A stretch of DNA of 64,000 nucleotides, from NCBI GenBank assembly GCA_964371355.1, contig CAYJMG010000017.1, positions 10,277-74,276 on the forward strand, written 5' to 3'. The number at the start of each line of letters is the position of its first letter. The first letter of the stretch is position 1. The DNA is from an uncultured Dehalococcoidia bacterium (GTDB lineage Bacteria; Chloroflexota; Dehalococcoidia; DSTF01; JACRBR01). The notes under the pieces are model-generated. The model made no database searches and was not told the DNA's origin. It worked only from the letters and a program-made list of their open reading frames with translations. The translations under genes were made by a program, and so were the position numbers. Below are positions 39,419 through 48,531 of the stretch, piece by piece.

Positions 39419-40534
39419 CTATTGGCCCGAGGGCGCCGTCATGCCCGCCATGGAGGTGTTCATGTCTGCCACAGCGTCCGTCAGGTCCCCGCTGCCCGGC
39501 CTGATGCCGGCCTTCTTGAGACCCTCGACGGCGGCCGTCAGGGCATCGACGATCTCCTGGAAGTTGTCGCTGTCGCTGTACACGACCGGCACCACCATGC
39601 CACCGTTGGCCTCGGCGATGTTCAGTGACGTGCCGTCGGGGCCCATGACGTGCGAGATCACGTGACAGTGAAAGAGCCAGGCCCCCTTGCCAGGCGCCTC
39701 CATCTTGACCGCGACATCGATGGTCTGCCCCGGCGCGATGAGTACGGTGTTTTCCACCTTTCCCGACTGAGCGCCCTTCACGGCCGTGCCGTCCCGCGAG
39801 ATCTCCCTCACGAAATGGCCGTGGAAGTGCATCGGGTGAATGTCGTTTGGGCCGACGTTGATCATGCGGACGCGGATCTCGTCGCCCTTCTTGACGATGT
39901 ACGGGTCGATGCTGGGGAACTCCTTGCCGTTGATGAGGAAGTGCCCCTTGATCGTCTGCAGGAACATCACATGGTCCTGGTCGTAGCCACCGTCACCGCC
40001 ATCCCGTGGATCGACGATGAAGCCGCCCGCCAGGCCATTGCCCATCTGCACCAGGTCGTTCATGTGCGAGTGGTACATGAACGTGCCAGGGGTGTTCGGG
40101 ATGGTGAACTCATACACGAACGTCTGCCCGGGCATCACCGGCGGCTGCGTCAGCAGCCCGACCCCGTCCATCGAGTTCGGCACGATCAGGCCATGCCAGT
40201 GCACGGTCGAGGCCTCGTCGAGATCGTTCCGGTAGTAGATCCGCACCTTGTCGCCGGCACGGAAGTGCAACGTGGGCCCGGGGATCTGGTTGTTGTACCC
40301 CCAGACCTCCACCGGTTCCTGGTCGTCGCGGAACTGCCACATGAACTTGGAGCTGGTGAGGTGGACGACCTTCCAGTCGTCCTCCATCGTGACGTCGGCC
40401 TCCTTGGGCCCGAAAAACTCCGTGGCGGCGCCTGCCGTATCGGCGCCACCCCGGCCAGTGCCGGTCAGGGCGAACGCCGCGACCGCGGCAAGCGCGATCG
40501 CCAGCCACGAACCTGCGATCCATCTTCGCTTCAT
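39419..40534 (-). CDS. Two-domain multicopper oxidase (laccase-like), secreted.
   Basis: HWHG, HSHM, HPMHFHGH, HCHVISH copper-binding motifs. N-terminal signal peptide. GGAGGAAGG RBS. Confidence 0.8.
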   Translation of the reverse strand: MKRRWIAGSWLAIALAAVAAFALTGTGRGGADTAGAATEFFGPKEADVTMEDDWKVVHLTSSKFMWQFRDDQEPVEVWGYNNQIPGPTLHFRAGDKVRIYYRNDLDEASTVHWHGLIVPNSMDGVGLLTQPPVMPGQTFVYEFTIPNTPGTFMYHSHMNDLVQMGNGLAGGFIVDPRDGGDGGYDQDHVMFLQTIKGHFLINGKEFPSIDPYIVKKGDEIRVRMINVGPNDIHPMHFHGHFVREISRDGTAVKGAQSGKVENTVLIAPGQTIDVAVKMEAPGKGAWLFHCHVISHVMGPDGTSLNIAEANGGMVVPVVYSDSDNFQEIVDALTAAVEGLKKAGIRPGSGDLTDAVADMNTSMAGMTAPSGQ

Positions 40535-40792
40535 TGATGCGTCCTTCCTCCTGGGTTGCTTAAGCGGCTGTGAAGCACTATCCGGAACCTGGCCCCCTGA
40601 TCCGAGGGGCCGAAAGTCACTTCAGCGATTCCAAACTTCCCAAACCCCGGGCTGAGACCCCCCTTGTGACAACCGGCCGCCTTTTGAGGGGCCAATTGGC
40701 CCGTCTTCGCCCCGTGCGCGGGCCGTACCTTACTGGATGGCAGACCACAGGAGCGGCAGGCCACGGCCTGCGTGACAAAGGGGAACACCGCG

Positions 40793-41854
40793 ATGGCCAT
40801 CGACCAGAAGGAGATGCTGCTGCAGGAGACGCCTCTGCCCGAGGATCTCGATCTCTCCTGGCTCCAGTCCGAGACCGACTGGGGCATCTGGGCCAAGCCC
40901 GGCAAGCGCGGACTCACCCTGGACGAGATCAACGCCACGCCCTACGGCGACGTCCCCAACGTACCCGGCGACCAGACGATGCGGCCCCGCGGCGCGGCGA
41001 AGCGGGTCGGCGTGCCGCACATCGGCTATACGCTGGCCCGCGACGACGTATGGTCGAAGAACGCCACGCTGCTGTACGAAGAAGCGGTGCAGCGCCAGTG
41101 GAGCAGCGCGACCGACATCCCCTGGGACACACTGGAGCCGCTGCCCGACGACATCGAGCGCGCGATGAGCCAGCTCTGCACCTTCCTCACTGAGGTCGAG
41201 TTCATCGCCGGCGACACGCCCGGCCAGTGGCTGCCAAACATCAGCAACGAGCATTACGAGATCAAGCTCTACCTGGCCAGCCAGGTGATGGACGAGGCGC
41301 GCCACCTCGACGTGTTCCGCAAGCGGGCGCTGGCGAACGGCGGCGGCCTCATGAGCGGCGGTCCCGGCTCCGGCCTGCGCCAGATCATCGCGTCCCGCGA
41401 CTTCAGCGAGATGTCGGCGATCATGCACATCATCGGGGAGGGCTTCATCCAGAGCCTCTTCCGCTCCGGCGAGCTGCTCTCCAACAACGAGGCCGAAAAG
41501 CGCATGTTCCGGCTCGCCGCGCAGGACGAGTCGCGTCACGTGTCGTTCGGTGTGATGCACATGAAGCACGTGCTGGAGACAACCCCAGAACGTCGCGAGG
41601 AGATCCACAGCTATCTCGATGTCGGCGAGGAGATCTTCGCGGGCACCGGCGTGTCGGCCAGCGGCGGTTCGATGGAGTCGCTCGCGATCCTGCTTGGCGG
41701 CGGCCTCGACCACATGGACGATGGCTTCCGCAAGCTCATGGCCGTCCGGCGCCGTCAGGTCAACGAGTACATGCACCGGCTCGAGGTCGCGGGACTGGGC
41801 GACCGCCGCGGGCGCATGACCGATCAGTTTGCGGTGTTCCTGGACGCGGCCTAA
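40793..41854 (+). CDS. Ferritin-like diiron-carboxylate protein (AurF/desaturase-type dinuclear-iron oxygenase fold).
   Basis: Two E...E-x-x-H pairs: EVEFIAGD...QVMDEARH and IIGEGF...AQDESRHV. AAAGGGGAA RBS before the ATG at 40793. Confidence 0.5.
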   Translation: MAIDQKEMLLQETPLPEDLDLSWLQSETDWGIWAKPGKRGLTLDEINATPYGDVPNVPGDQTMRPRGAAKRVGVPHIGYTLARDDVWSKNATLLYEEAVQRQWSSATDIPWDTLEPLPDDIERAMSQLCTFLTEVEFIAGDTPGQWLPNISNEHYEIKLYLASQVMDEARHLDVFRKRALANGGGLMSGGPGSGLRQIIASRDFSEMSAIMHIIGEGFIQSLFRSGELLSNNEAEKRMFRLAAQDESRHVSFGVMHMKHVLETTPERREEIHSYLDVGEEIFAGTGVSASGGSMESLAILLGGGLDHMDDGFRKLMAVRRRQVNEYMHRLEVAGLGDRRGRMTDQFAVFLDAA

Positions 41855-42062
41855 CCGGCCCGTCCAGCTCCGGCCCTTGCAAGGCTCCCGATCGCTCCAC
41901 GGGAGCCTTGCTGCTTCTCGCTCCTGCCGCGGGCCATCCGCGGCAGCCCCCGGGTGCCGAACGGCACCGTGCTTCAATTGCATCCGGCCGATTACAGGGT
42001 GCGCGGGCCCTCGCTAGCATGCGGGGAGTCTGTAGAAGTACCAGCAAGGACATCGTGGGGCG

Positions 42063-42821
42063 ATGGACGAACTCAAAGGCAAAGTAGCGATCGTTACCGG
42101 CGGCGCGTCCGGCATCGGCGAGGCAGCAGCCGCGCTGTTCGCCGAGGAGGGTGCTGCCGTCATCGTTGCCGACGTGCAGGACGACCGCGGCAAGGCGCTC
42201 GTCGACAGGCTGTCGGCGGCCGGGCACACCGCGACCTTCGTACACGCCGATGTGTCACGAGAGGCCGACGTACAGGCCATGGTTACGCTGGCGCTGAGCC
42301 ACTATGGCCGGCTGGATGTGCTCTTCAACAATGCCGGCATCGAGGGCGATCAGGCGACCACGGCCCAATTGTCGGTCGAAAACTGGGACCACGTGATCTC
42401 GATCAACCTCAGGAGCGCCTTCCTCGGCATCAAGTACGGCGCCGAGGCTATGCTCCGCGGAAACGGCGGGGCCATCATCAACACCGCCTCGGTCGCCGGA
42501 CTCGTGGGCTTTCCCTCGATGCCGGCCTACTGCGCGTCGAAGGGCGGCGTCGTCCAGCTCACCCGCGCCGCCGCGCTGGAGTACGCCGCACGGGGCGTGC
42601 GCGTGAACTGTGTCTGCCCGGGCGTCATCGACACGCCCATGGCCGGCCGCTTCACGCATGACAGCCCGGAGGCGACCGCCGCGCTCGCCCAGTTGCACCC
42701 GATGGGCCGCATGGGCCACGCGCGGGAGGTCGCGGAGGTGGCGTTGTTCCTGGCGTCTGAACGCTCGTCGTTCATGACGGGCGCGATTGTTCCGGTGGAT
42801 GGCGGGCTGGTGGCCCGCTAA
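42063..42821 (+). CDS. Short-chain dehydrogenase/reductase (classical SDR).
   Basis: VAIVTGGASGIGEA, NAG, YCASK. Confidence 0.85.
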   Translation: MDELKGKVAIVTGGASGIGEAAAALFAEEGAAVIVADVQDDRGKALVDRLSAAGHTATFVHADVSREADVQAMVTLALSHYGRLDVLFNNAGIEGDQATTAQLSVENWDHVISINLRSAFLGIKYGAEAMLRGNGGAIINTASVAGLVGFPSMPAYCASKGGVVQLTRAAALEYAARGVRVNCVCPGVIDTPMAGRFTHDSPEATAALAQLHPMGRMGHAREVAEVALFLASERSSFMTGAIVPVDGGLVAR

Positions 42822-42835
42822 GGGGAGGTGATGTG

Positions 42836-43375
42836 ATGAAGGTGCTCGCGACATTCGACGGCTCTCCATCGTCGGAAGCCATCATCGAGGAGCTGACCAA
42901 GATGCTCCAGTTGCCGGTACACGAGGTAGTGCTGTTCTCGGTGGTCGAACCGCCTGAGAAGGGTGTGCGCATGCGGGGGCCGCTCCGCCCGGTTATCGGC
43001 GTCGCAGCCGGGCCCGGTTCCACCCCGATGGTGATCCAGCGCGAGCAGCCCGGCTTCGCCGAGACCAAAGCGCAGGCGATCGACCGGGAGCTTGCGGAGC
43101 GCGCGGACTACCTGCACGCGCTCGAGACGCGGCTACCGAAGGGGCCCCGTTACTCCTGCACCACCGTCGCCCATGACGACCCGGCCCGCGCGATCATCGA
43201 ACGTGCGCTCACCGATTGCCCGGACGTCATCGTTATGTCCACCCACGGCCACAGCGGCCTGGTGCACATCCTGTTCGGCGACGTCGCCGAAGAAGTCGTG
43301 CGTTCCGGCGTGGCGCCCGTGCTGCTCGTACACCCCGAGAGCGTGCGAAGGGCGCGGACCTCGACCCGCCGCTGA
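42836..43375 (+). CDS. Universal stress protein (UspA family).
   Basis: MKVLATFDGS...PDVIVMSTHGHSGLVHILFGDVAEEVVRSGVAPVLLVHPE. AGGGGAGG RBS. Confidence 0.8.
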   Translation: MKVLATFDGSPSSEAIIEELTKMLQLPVHEVVLFSVVEPPEKGVRMRGPLRPVIGVAAGPGSTPMVIQREQPGFAETKAQAIDRELAERADYLHALETRLPKGPRYSCTTVAHDDPARAIIERALTDCPDVIVMSTHGHSGLVHILFGDVAEEVVRSGVAPVLLVHPESVRRARTSTRR

Positions 43376-43399
43376 AGCCGTGCGGTGCGGTTATCTGGT

Positions 43400-44050
43400 C
43401 TATCGGTCAGGAGAAGGCTCGCGGCGGGCGATGAACGCGGCGGCCTCGCTTCGTCGGCGCAGGTTCAGCTTGTTCAGGATATTGCTGACGTAGTTCTTCA
43501 CCGTCTTGTCGCTCAGGAACACCTCCTGGGCGATCTCTTTGTTCGTCTTCCCCTCCGCGATTAGCAGCAGGATCTTGTGCTCTTGATCGGTCAGCGCGTC
43601 GAGCGGGTCGTTCTCCTTGCGCTCGTTCGCCTTGCGGACCCGCTCGAGGACCTTCTGCGTTACGACAGAGTCCAGCAGCGACTCGCCGCGCGCCGCCGCC
43701 GCTATCGCGTCGGCCAGCACGGCCCCGCGGGTCTGCTTCAGCACGTAGCCGGCCGCCCCGGCGATGATCGACGCGAACACCGCCTCCTCGTCCGCATACG
43801 ACGTGAGCATGATGACCTTCGTCTCCGGCCGCGCCTCGCGGATCTCGCGGCACGCCTCGATGCCGCTCCCATCGGGTAGCCGCACGTCCATCACGATGAC
43901 GTCGGGCTTCATCTTGGCGGCCTCAGTGATGGCCTCCTGGACGGAGCCCGCCTGCCCGACGACCTCCATGCCGTCACGGCGCGTCAGGAGTGTGCGGAGC
44001 CCCTCGCGCACGACCTCGTGGTCATCGACGATCAGTACGCGTGTAGTCAT
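43400..44050 (-). CDS. NarL/LuxR-family response regulator (DevR/DosR-like).
   Basis: REC domain VLIVDDHEVVREGL...DVIVMDVRLPDGSG. C-terminal HTH LTDQEHKILLLIAEGKTNKEIAQEVFLSDKTVKNYVSNILNKL. Confidence 0.85.
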   Translation of the reverse strand: MTTRVLIVDDHEVVREGLRTLLTRRDGMEVVGQAGSVQEAITEAAKMKPDVIVMDVRLPDGSGIEACREIREARPETKVIMLTSYADEEAVFASIIAGAAGYVLKQTRGAVLADAIAAAARGESLLDSVVTQKVLERVRKANERKENDPLDALTDQEHKILLLIAEGKTNKEIAQEVFLSDKTVKNYVSNILNKLNLRRRSEAAAFIARREPSPDR

Positions 44051-45087
44051 CGTGGTTCTCCATTCATCGTCTGAACCGGCATTTCCACCATCACATTGGT
44101 CCCGGCGCCCGGCGCCGTCTCGACCCTCAGCATCCCACCCACGGAAGCGGCCCGTGACAGCATGTTCCGCATCCCACGGTGCTCCTCGGGCAGGTCCGCC
44201 CCCGGATCGAAGCCAGTCCCATTATCCTCGATTTCGATGCGTACCACGCCATCCACCCCCCGAATCTGAATTGACAACCGCGTCGCGCGCGAGTGCTTCC
44301 TGGCGTTATTCAGCGCCTCCTGCGCGATATGGAAGATGGCCGTCTCCTGCTCGACCAGCAGCCCAGGCAGATCCGGCGCGACCTCGATCACCGTGTCGAT
44401 GAGGCTGTTGGCCTGAAACTCCGCGATCAGCCCGTTCAGGGACTCGAGCAGGTCGCCCCCATATCGCACCGGCCGCAGGTCCAGGATGTAGCTGCGGAGA
44501 TCTCGAATTGTGTCATTCAGCCGGTCGATCGCCTGGTTGACCTGGACGATGGCCTCGTCCGGCGCCGACTCCACGTCCGCCGCCGCGGTCTCCAGGTTCA
44601 GGCCCACCGCGTAGATCGACTGGATGATGCCGTCGTGCAGGTCCATGGCGATCCGCTGCCGCTCGCGCTCGGTCTCCGCGATGGTGCGAAGCTGTTCCCG
44701 CTCCGACTCCAGCCTGCGGCGGTCGGTGATGTCCCGCACGATGCTGATTACGAGGCTCGCGTCCCCGGTGCTGAACGGGCTCAAGCTGATCTCGACGGGG
44801 AACTCGCTGCCGTCGCGGCGCTGGGCGAGGAGTTGCAGGTTCGTGCCCATGGGCCGGGTCCCGGGGCGGCGCATATACGCCTCCCGATGCGATAGGTGGT
44901 GGGATCGCAACGCCTGGGGGAGTAGCATGTCGACGGTCGCGCCGGACATCTCCTCCCTCGTATAGCCAAACAGCTTTTCCGCCCGCTCGTTAGCAAGCAC
45001 GATGCGACCCTGCGCATCGACGACAACGATGCCGTCCGGCGCCGCTTCACAAATGTAGCGGAAAAGGTCGTCGCGTTCTCGCTCCAT
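44047..45087 (-). CDS. PAS-domain sensor histidine kinase (HisKA_3 / NarX-DevS class).
   Basis: A PAS domain, then H-box MDLHDGIIQSIYAV, then an HATPase_c domain. ATGA-coupled to the response regulator. Confidence 0.8.
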   Translation of the reverse strand: MERERDDLFRYICEAAPDGIVVVDAQGRIVLANERAEKLFGYTREEMSGATVDMLLPQALRSHHLSHREAYMRRPGTRPMGTNLQLLAQRRDGSEFPVEISLSPFSTGDASLVISIVRDITDRRRLESEREQLRTIAETERERQRIAMDLHDGIIQSIYAVGLNLETAAADVESAPDEAIVQVNQAIDRLNDTIRDLRSYILDLRPVRYGGDLLESLNGLIAEFQANSLIDTVIEVAPDLPGLLVEQETAIFHIAQEALNNARKHSRATRLSIQIRGVDGVVRIEIEDNGTGFDPGADLPEEHRGMRNMLSRAASVGGMLRVETAPGAGTNVMVEMPVQTMNGEPR

Positions 45088-45141
45088 GCTCCGGCCTTCG
45101 CGTCAGTGTACCGGCGGGACGGACGGACACGGAAGGCGGTA

Positions 45142-45570
45142 TCAGGCGTGGAGGATCTCAGGCCATCGTTCCGGCGGAAGGACGCGCTGCGTTGTCTGCA
45201 GGAGTTTCAGCGACAGCACGTCGACGCCGATCTGCTTCAAGATCAGGTCGTCCGCCCCGGCGGCGCGCGCCAGCACCCAGTGCTCCGGCTGGTAGTACGA
45301 CAGGTGCACGACGAGGACGGGCCGCAGTTGCTCCGGTAGCGCCGCGAGCGACGACACGATCCGCGACCCCTGTTGGTCCTCCCGGACCGTGTCGATGAGG
45401 GCAACGTGCGGCCGCTGGTCCACGATGATCTCATGCGCTTCAAGTGGGTCGGACGTGTGCCCTGCCACGAGGATCTGCGGATGCGCGCGAAGCCGGCGGG
45501 CCAGGGCCGCGCGCGCTATCTCGTGATCGTCGACCAGCACCAGCTTCAGCCGGGGGTCGCCTGGGTTCAT
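45142..45570 (-). CDS. Stand-alone receiver-domain protein (CheY-like).
   Basis: KLVLVDDHEIARAALARRL...HVALIDTV. No output domain. The start is uncertain (ATG at 45570 lacks a clear RBS; the ORF is open to 45672). Confidence 0.55.
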   Translation of the reverse strand: MNPGDPRLKLVLVDDHEIARAALARRLRAHPQILVAGHTSDPLEAHEIIVDQRPHVALIDTVREDQQGSRIVSSLAALPEQLRPVLVVHLSYYQPEHWVLARAAGADDLILKQIGVDVLSLKLLQTTQRVLPPERWPEILHA

Positions 45571-46035
45571 GCCGAAGCAGCGTAACAGCGTCACCGGGCC
45601 GCAACAGGAGCCGATCGTCACTTGTTCCAGGCCCCCAAAAGGTGGTTGACGTGGTTGCGCCCCACCGGCCAACTTGATTGGGGCCGTTTGTCACCAGAAT
45701 CAGTCCCCCGATCGGCTCTGCCTCCGCGCGCGCCGCCCTCCTGATACTCAAGTTGACCCCCGGGCCCCTCGGATCCGAGGTCAAACAACAAGACCACTAC
45801 CGCTGCGAGCGTAGCTACGGGCGAGTCTTCCGCTCGCTGCCCCTGCCGGAGGGATGTGACACGCAGCAGGCCGAGGCGAACATGAGGGGTGGGTGTTGGA
45901 GGTGGTGGTGGCGCCCAAGACGGGCCAAGCCTCGGCGAAGAAGGTGGAAGTGAAGCTCGCCTGACGGTCGAGGGGGCTGCGCCCGGCGGTGGATGGCTGG
46001 CGACGCAGCCCCCAAATGTCCGACGCGGAAGGATC

Positions 46036-46467
46036 ATGGCCAAAAAGCACAAGAAGACCACACGAAAGCGCACCGGCTTTCTCGCGAGCCGTACCTTTCT
46101 CGCCGGAGCGACCCTCGTGCTCGGCGCGATCGTCGCAGCCGGGGCGTTCTTCGCGTTCCGCGGTGATGACGCGCCCAAGCGTGAGCTTCGACCCGATCCG
46201 GTGATCAGCACGGAGATGCAGGTCGACGTCATCGTCGACAACAAGGATTACACGCCCCGCGACCTCACCGTGACCAAAGGCGCCACCGTCACCTGGGTCT
46301 TCAAGGACGACCTGCCCCACAACGTCGTCGATGACCGCGGCGCCTTCGAGAGCGGCATCCTGCAGAAGGGCGACTCCTGGGCCTTCACGGCCGACACGCC
46401 GGGCATCTACTACTACTACTGCACCCTGCACCACATCATGACCGGCACGCTCACAGTCGTGGAGTGA
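46036..46467 (+). CDS. Membrane-anchored cupredoxin (plastocyanin/azurin-like blue copper protein).
   Basis: GGAAGGA RBS. N-terminal TM anchor. C-terminal Cu site YYYYCTLHHIMTGTLTV with an upstream His in LPHNVVD. Confidence 0.7.
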   Translation: MAKKHKKTTRKRTGFLASRTFLAGATLVLGAIVAAGAFFAFRGDDAPKRELRPDPVISTEMQVDVIVDNKDYTPRDLTVTKGATVTWVFKDDLPHNVVDDRGAFESGILQKGDSWAFTADTPGIYYYYCTLHHIMTGTLTVVE

Positions 46468-46657
46468 CCTCGCCCCACGCCCAAGGGCGACCCACCCCCT
46501 GCCCGCCGCGACACCACGCGCCAGACTCCCCCTGTCGTCACTATCGCCAACAACCCTTCTCCCCCGGTCCCATTCTGGGAACCTGGGAGGGGTAGCGCCC
46601 TGTTGGCGTCGGGCCGGAAGTGTGCGATGCTAACGGCCTTAAGCCGAAGGGGGATCC

Positions 46658-47191
46658 ATGAAAGTCATGGCCACATTCGACCGTTCCAGCTTCTCGGAGG
46701 CGATCGTCCCGCTGCTGACGCGGCTCGCGGCGTACCCCGAGGCTGAGTTCCTCCTGTACTCCGTATCGGATGGGCCCCAGGGCAGACGCGAGTCCGAGGT
46801 CGTGCCGCCTGCGCGGGCCGTGGGTATGGCCAGCTCGGCTACGTCGCCACTTATCGTCGAGCAACACGAGCCAAACGTGGTCGAGAACAAGGAACAGGCG
46901 GTCGAACGGCGCCTCGCTGATATCCGCGATTACCTCGAGGGGATCGCCGCGAAGCTGCCCCCGGGCACAAAGTACGTAACGGCAGGCGACATCGACGCGC
47001 ACGCCGCCGATGCCATCGTACGGGAGGCCGAGAAGGAGCGGCCCGATGTGATCGTGATGGCCACGCACGGGCGCACCGGCCTTGCGCACGTCCTCATCGG
47101 GAGCGTCACTGAAAAGGTGGTACGCGCCGGCGTGGCTCCCGTGCTCCTCGTCCACCCCGAGGACGTGAAGCACCAGCGCAACTCCTCGTAG
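46658..47191 (+). CDS. Universal stress protein (paralog of 42836-43375).
   Basis: MKVMATFDRS...PDVIVMATHGRTGLAHVLIGSVTEKVVRAGVAPVLLVHPE. GAAGGGGGA RBS. Confidence 0.8.
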   Translation: MKVMATFDRSSFSEAIVPLLTRLAAYPEAEFLLYSVSDGPQGRRESEVVPPARAVGMASSATSPLIVEQHEPNVVENKEQAVERRLADIRDYLEGIAAKLPPGTKYVTAGDIDAHAADAIVREAEKERPDVIVMATHGRTGLAHVLIGSVTEKVVRAGVAPVLLVHPEDVKHQRNSS

Positions 47192-47209
47192 GACGCCGGA
47201 CACGCGTAC

Positions 47210-48526
47210 ATGCTGCGAGTCCTCGCCGCCGACCTTGGCGCGTCCTCCGGGCGGGTGGCAGCCGTCGACCTCGACGCGCGTCCTGTCGCCGTCGATATCG
47301 TGCACCGGTTCGCCCACGAGCCTGTACGTGCCGGCGACGGCTCCCTTCGTTGGGACTGGCCCCGGCTCGTACGCGAGGTCGTGCGCGGCCTCGACGCGGG
47401 CATCGCGGCCGGTCCCGTCGCCTCCATCGGCGTCGACGCCTGGGGCGTTGACTACGGCCTGCTTGGCGCGGATGGGGAGTTGCTGTCCTCGCCCTACAGC
47501 TATCGCGACGCGCGAACCGCCGGCTGGCGCGCGACGGCGGAGCGGATCGGCACCGAGCGTCTGTACGGCATCAGCGGCATCCAGCTCATGCCCATCAACA
47601 CGGTCTTCCAGCTCGCCGCACACGACCGCGCCGAACTGGCGCGCGCGCGGCGCTTGCTCATGCTGCCCGAACTGTTGGTGCGTGAGCTGACCGGGGCCGT
47701 GATGGGCGAGCGCACGTCCGCGGGGACGACCGCCCTGGTCGACGCGCGCATCGGTGGCTGGTCGCGCGAACTCCTCGGCGAAATCGGCGTCGATCCCGCG
47801 ATCGCGCCACCGATCACGGCACCGACCGCGTACGCCGGTTCGTGGCGCGGCATCCCCGTGCACCTGGTCGCCGGACACGACACAGCGTCCGCGGTCGCGG
47901 CGCTGCCGTCCCCGGCCCCCAACGCCGCCTTCATCTCCTCCGGCACATGGATGCTCGTCGGCGCCGAGCGCGAGACGCCCGATACGTCCGACGCCGCCCG
48001 GCGAGCCAACTTCTCGAACGAGCCCGGCGTCTTCGGCAACGCGCGCTTCCTCCGCAACGTGATGGGGCTGTGGATGCTCGAACAGTGCCGTACGCAATGG
48101 GGCAGCCCGCCGCTCGACGACCTGCTGCTCGCCGCGGAAGCGTGCCCTCGCGGGCGGGTGGTGGACGCGACTGACGAACGCTTCCTGGCGCCCGTCGACA
48201 TGGAGGCCGAAGTCCGTCGCGCCGCACACCTTCCAGAGACCTCAGGCCGCGATGCCGTCGCGCGTTGCATCCTCGACTCGCTGGCGCTCGCCGCGGCGGG
48301 GGTCGTGCGGGCGCTGGAACCCTTCCTCGGGACCCCCGTGTCCGAGATCTGCATCGTGGGTGGCGGCGCGCGGAACCGCTTCCTGAACCGCCTGATCGGT
48401 GAAGCCGCGGGCCTGCCCGTCCGTGCCGGCTCGGCCGAAGCGACCGCGCTCGGCAATGCGCTCGTGCAGGGCATCGCGCTCGGCCGGTTCGACTCCCTGG
48501 TGGCGGCGCGCGCGTCGCTCGCTTGA
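47210..48526 (+). CDS. FGGY-family carbohydrate kinase, rhamnulokinase-like.
   Basis: VLAADLGASSGRV N-terminus (RhaB-like). GTWMLVG. C-terminal ICIVGGGARNRFLNRL. Confidence 0.65.
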   Translation: MLRVLAADLGASSGRVAAVDLDARPVAVDIVHRFAHEPVRAGDGSLRWDWPRLVREVVRGLDAGIAAGPVASIGVDAWGVDYGLLGADGELLSSPYSYRDARTAGWRATAERIGTERLYGISGIQLMPINTVFQLAAHDRAELARARRLLMLPELLVRELTGAVMGERTSAGTTALVDARIGGWSRELLGEIGVDPAIAPPITAPTAYAGSWRGIPVHLVAGHDTASAVAALPSPAPNAAFISSGTWMLVGAERETPDTSDAARRANFSNEPGVFGNARFLRNVMGLWMLEQCRTQWGSPPLDDLLLAAEACPRGRVVDATDERFLAPVDMEAEVRRAAHLPETSGRDAVARCILDSLALAAAGVVRALEPFLGTPVSEICIVGGGARNRFLNRLIGEAAGLPVRAGSAEATALGNALVQGIALGRFDSLVAARASLA

Positions 48527-48531
48527 GTCCG

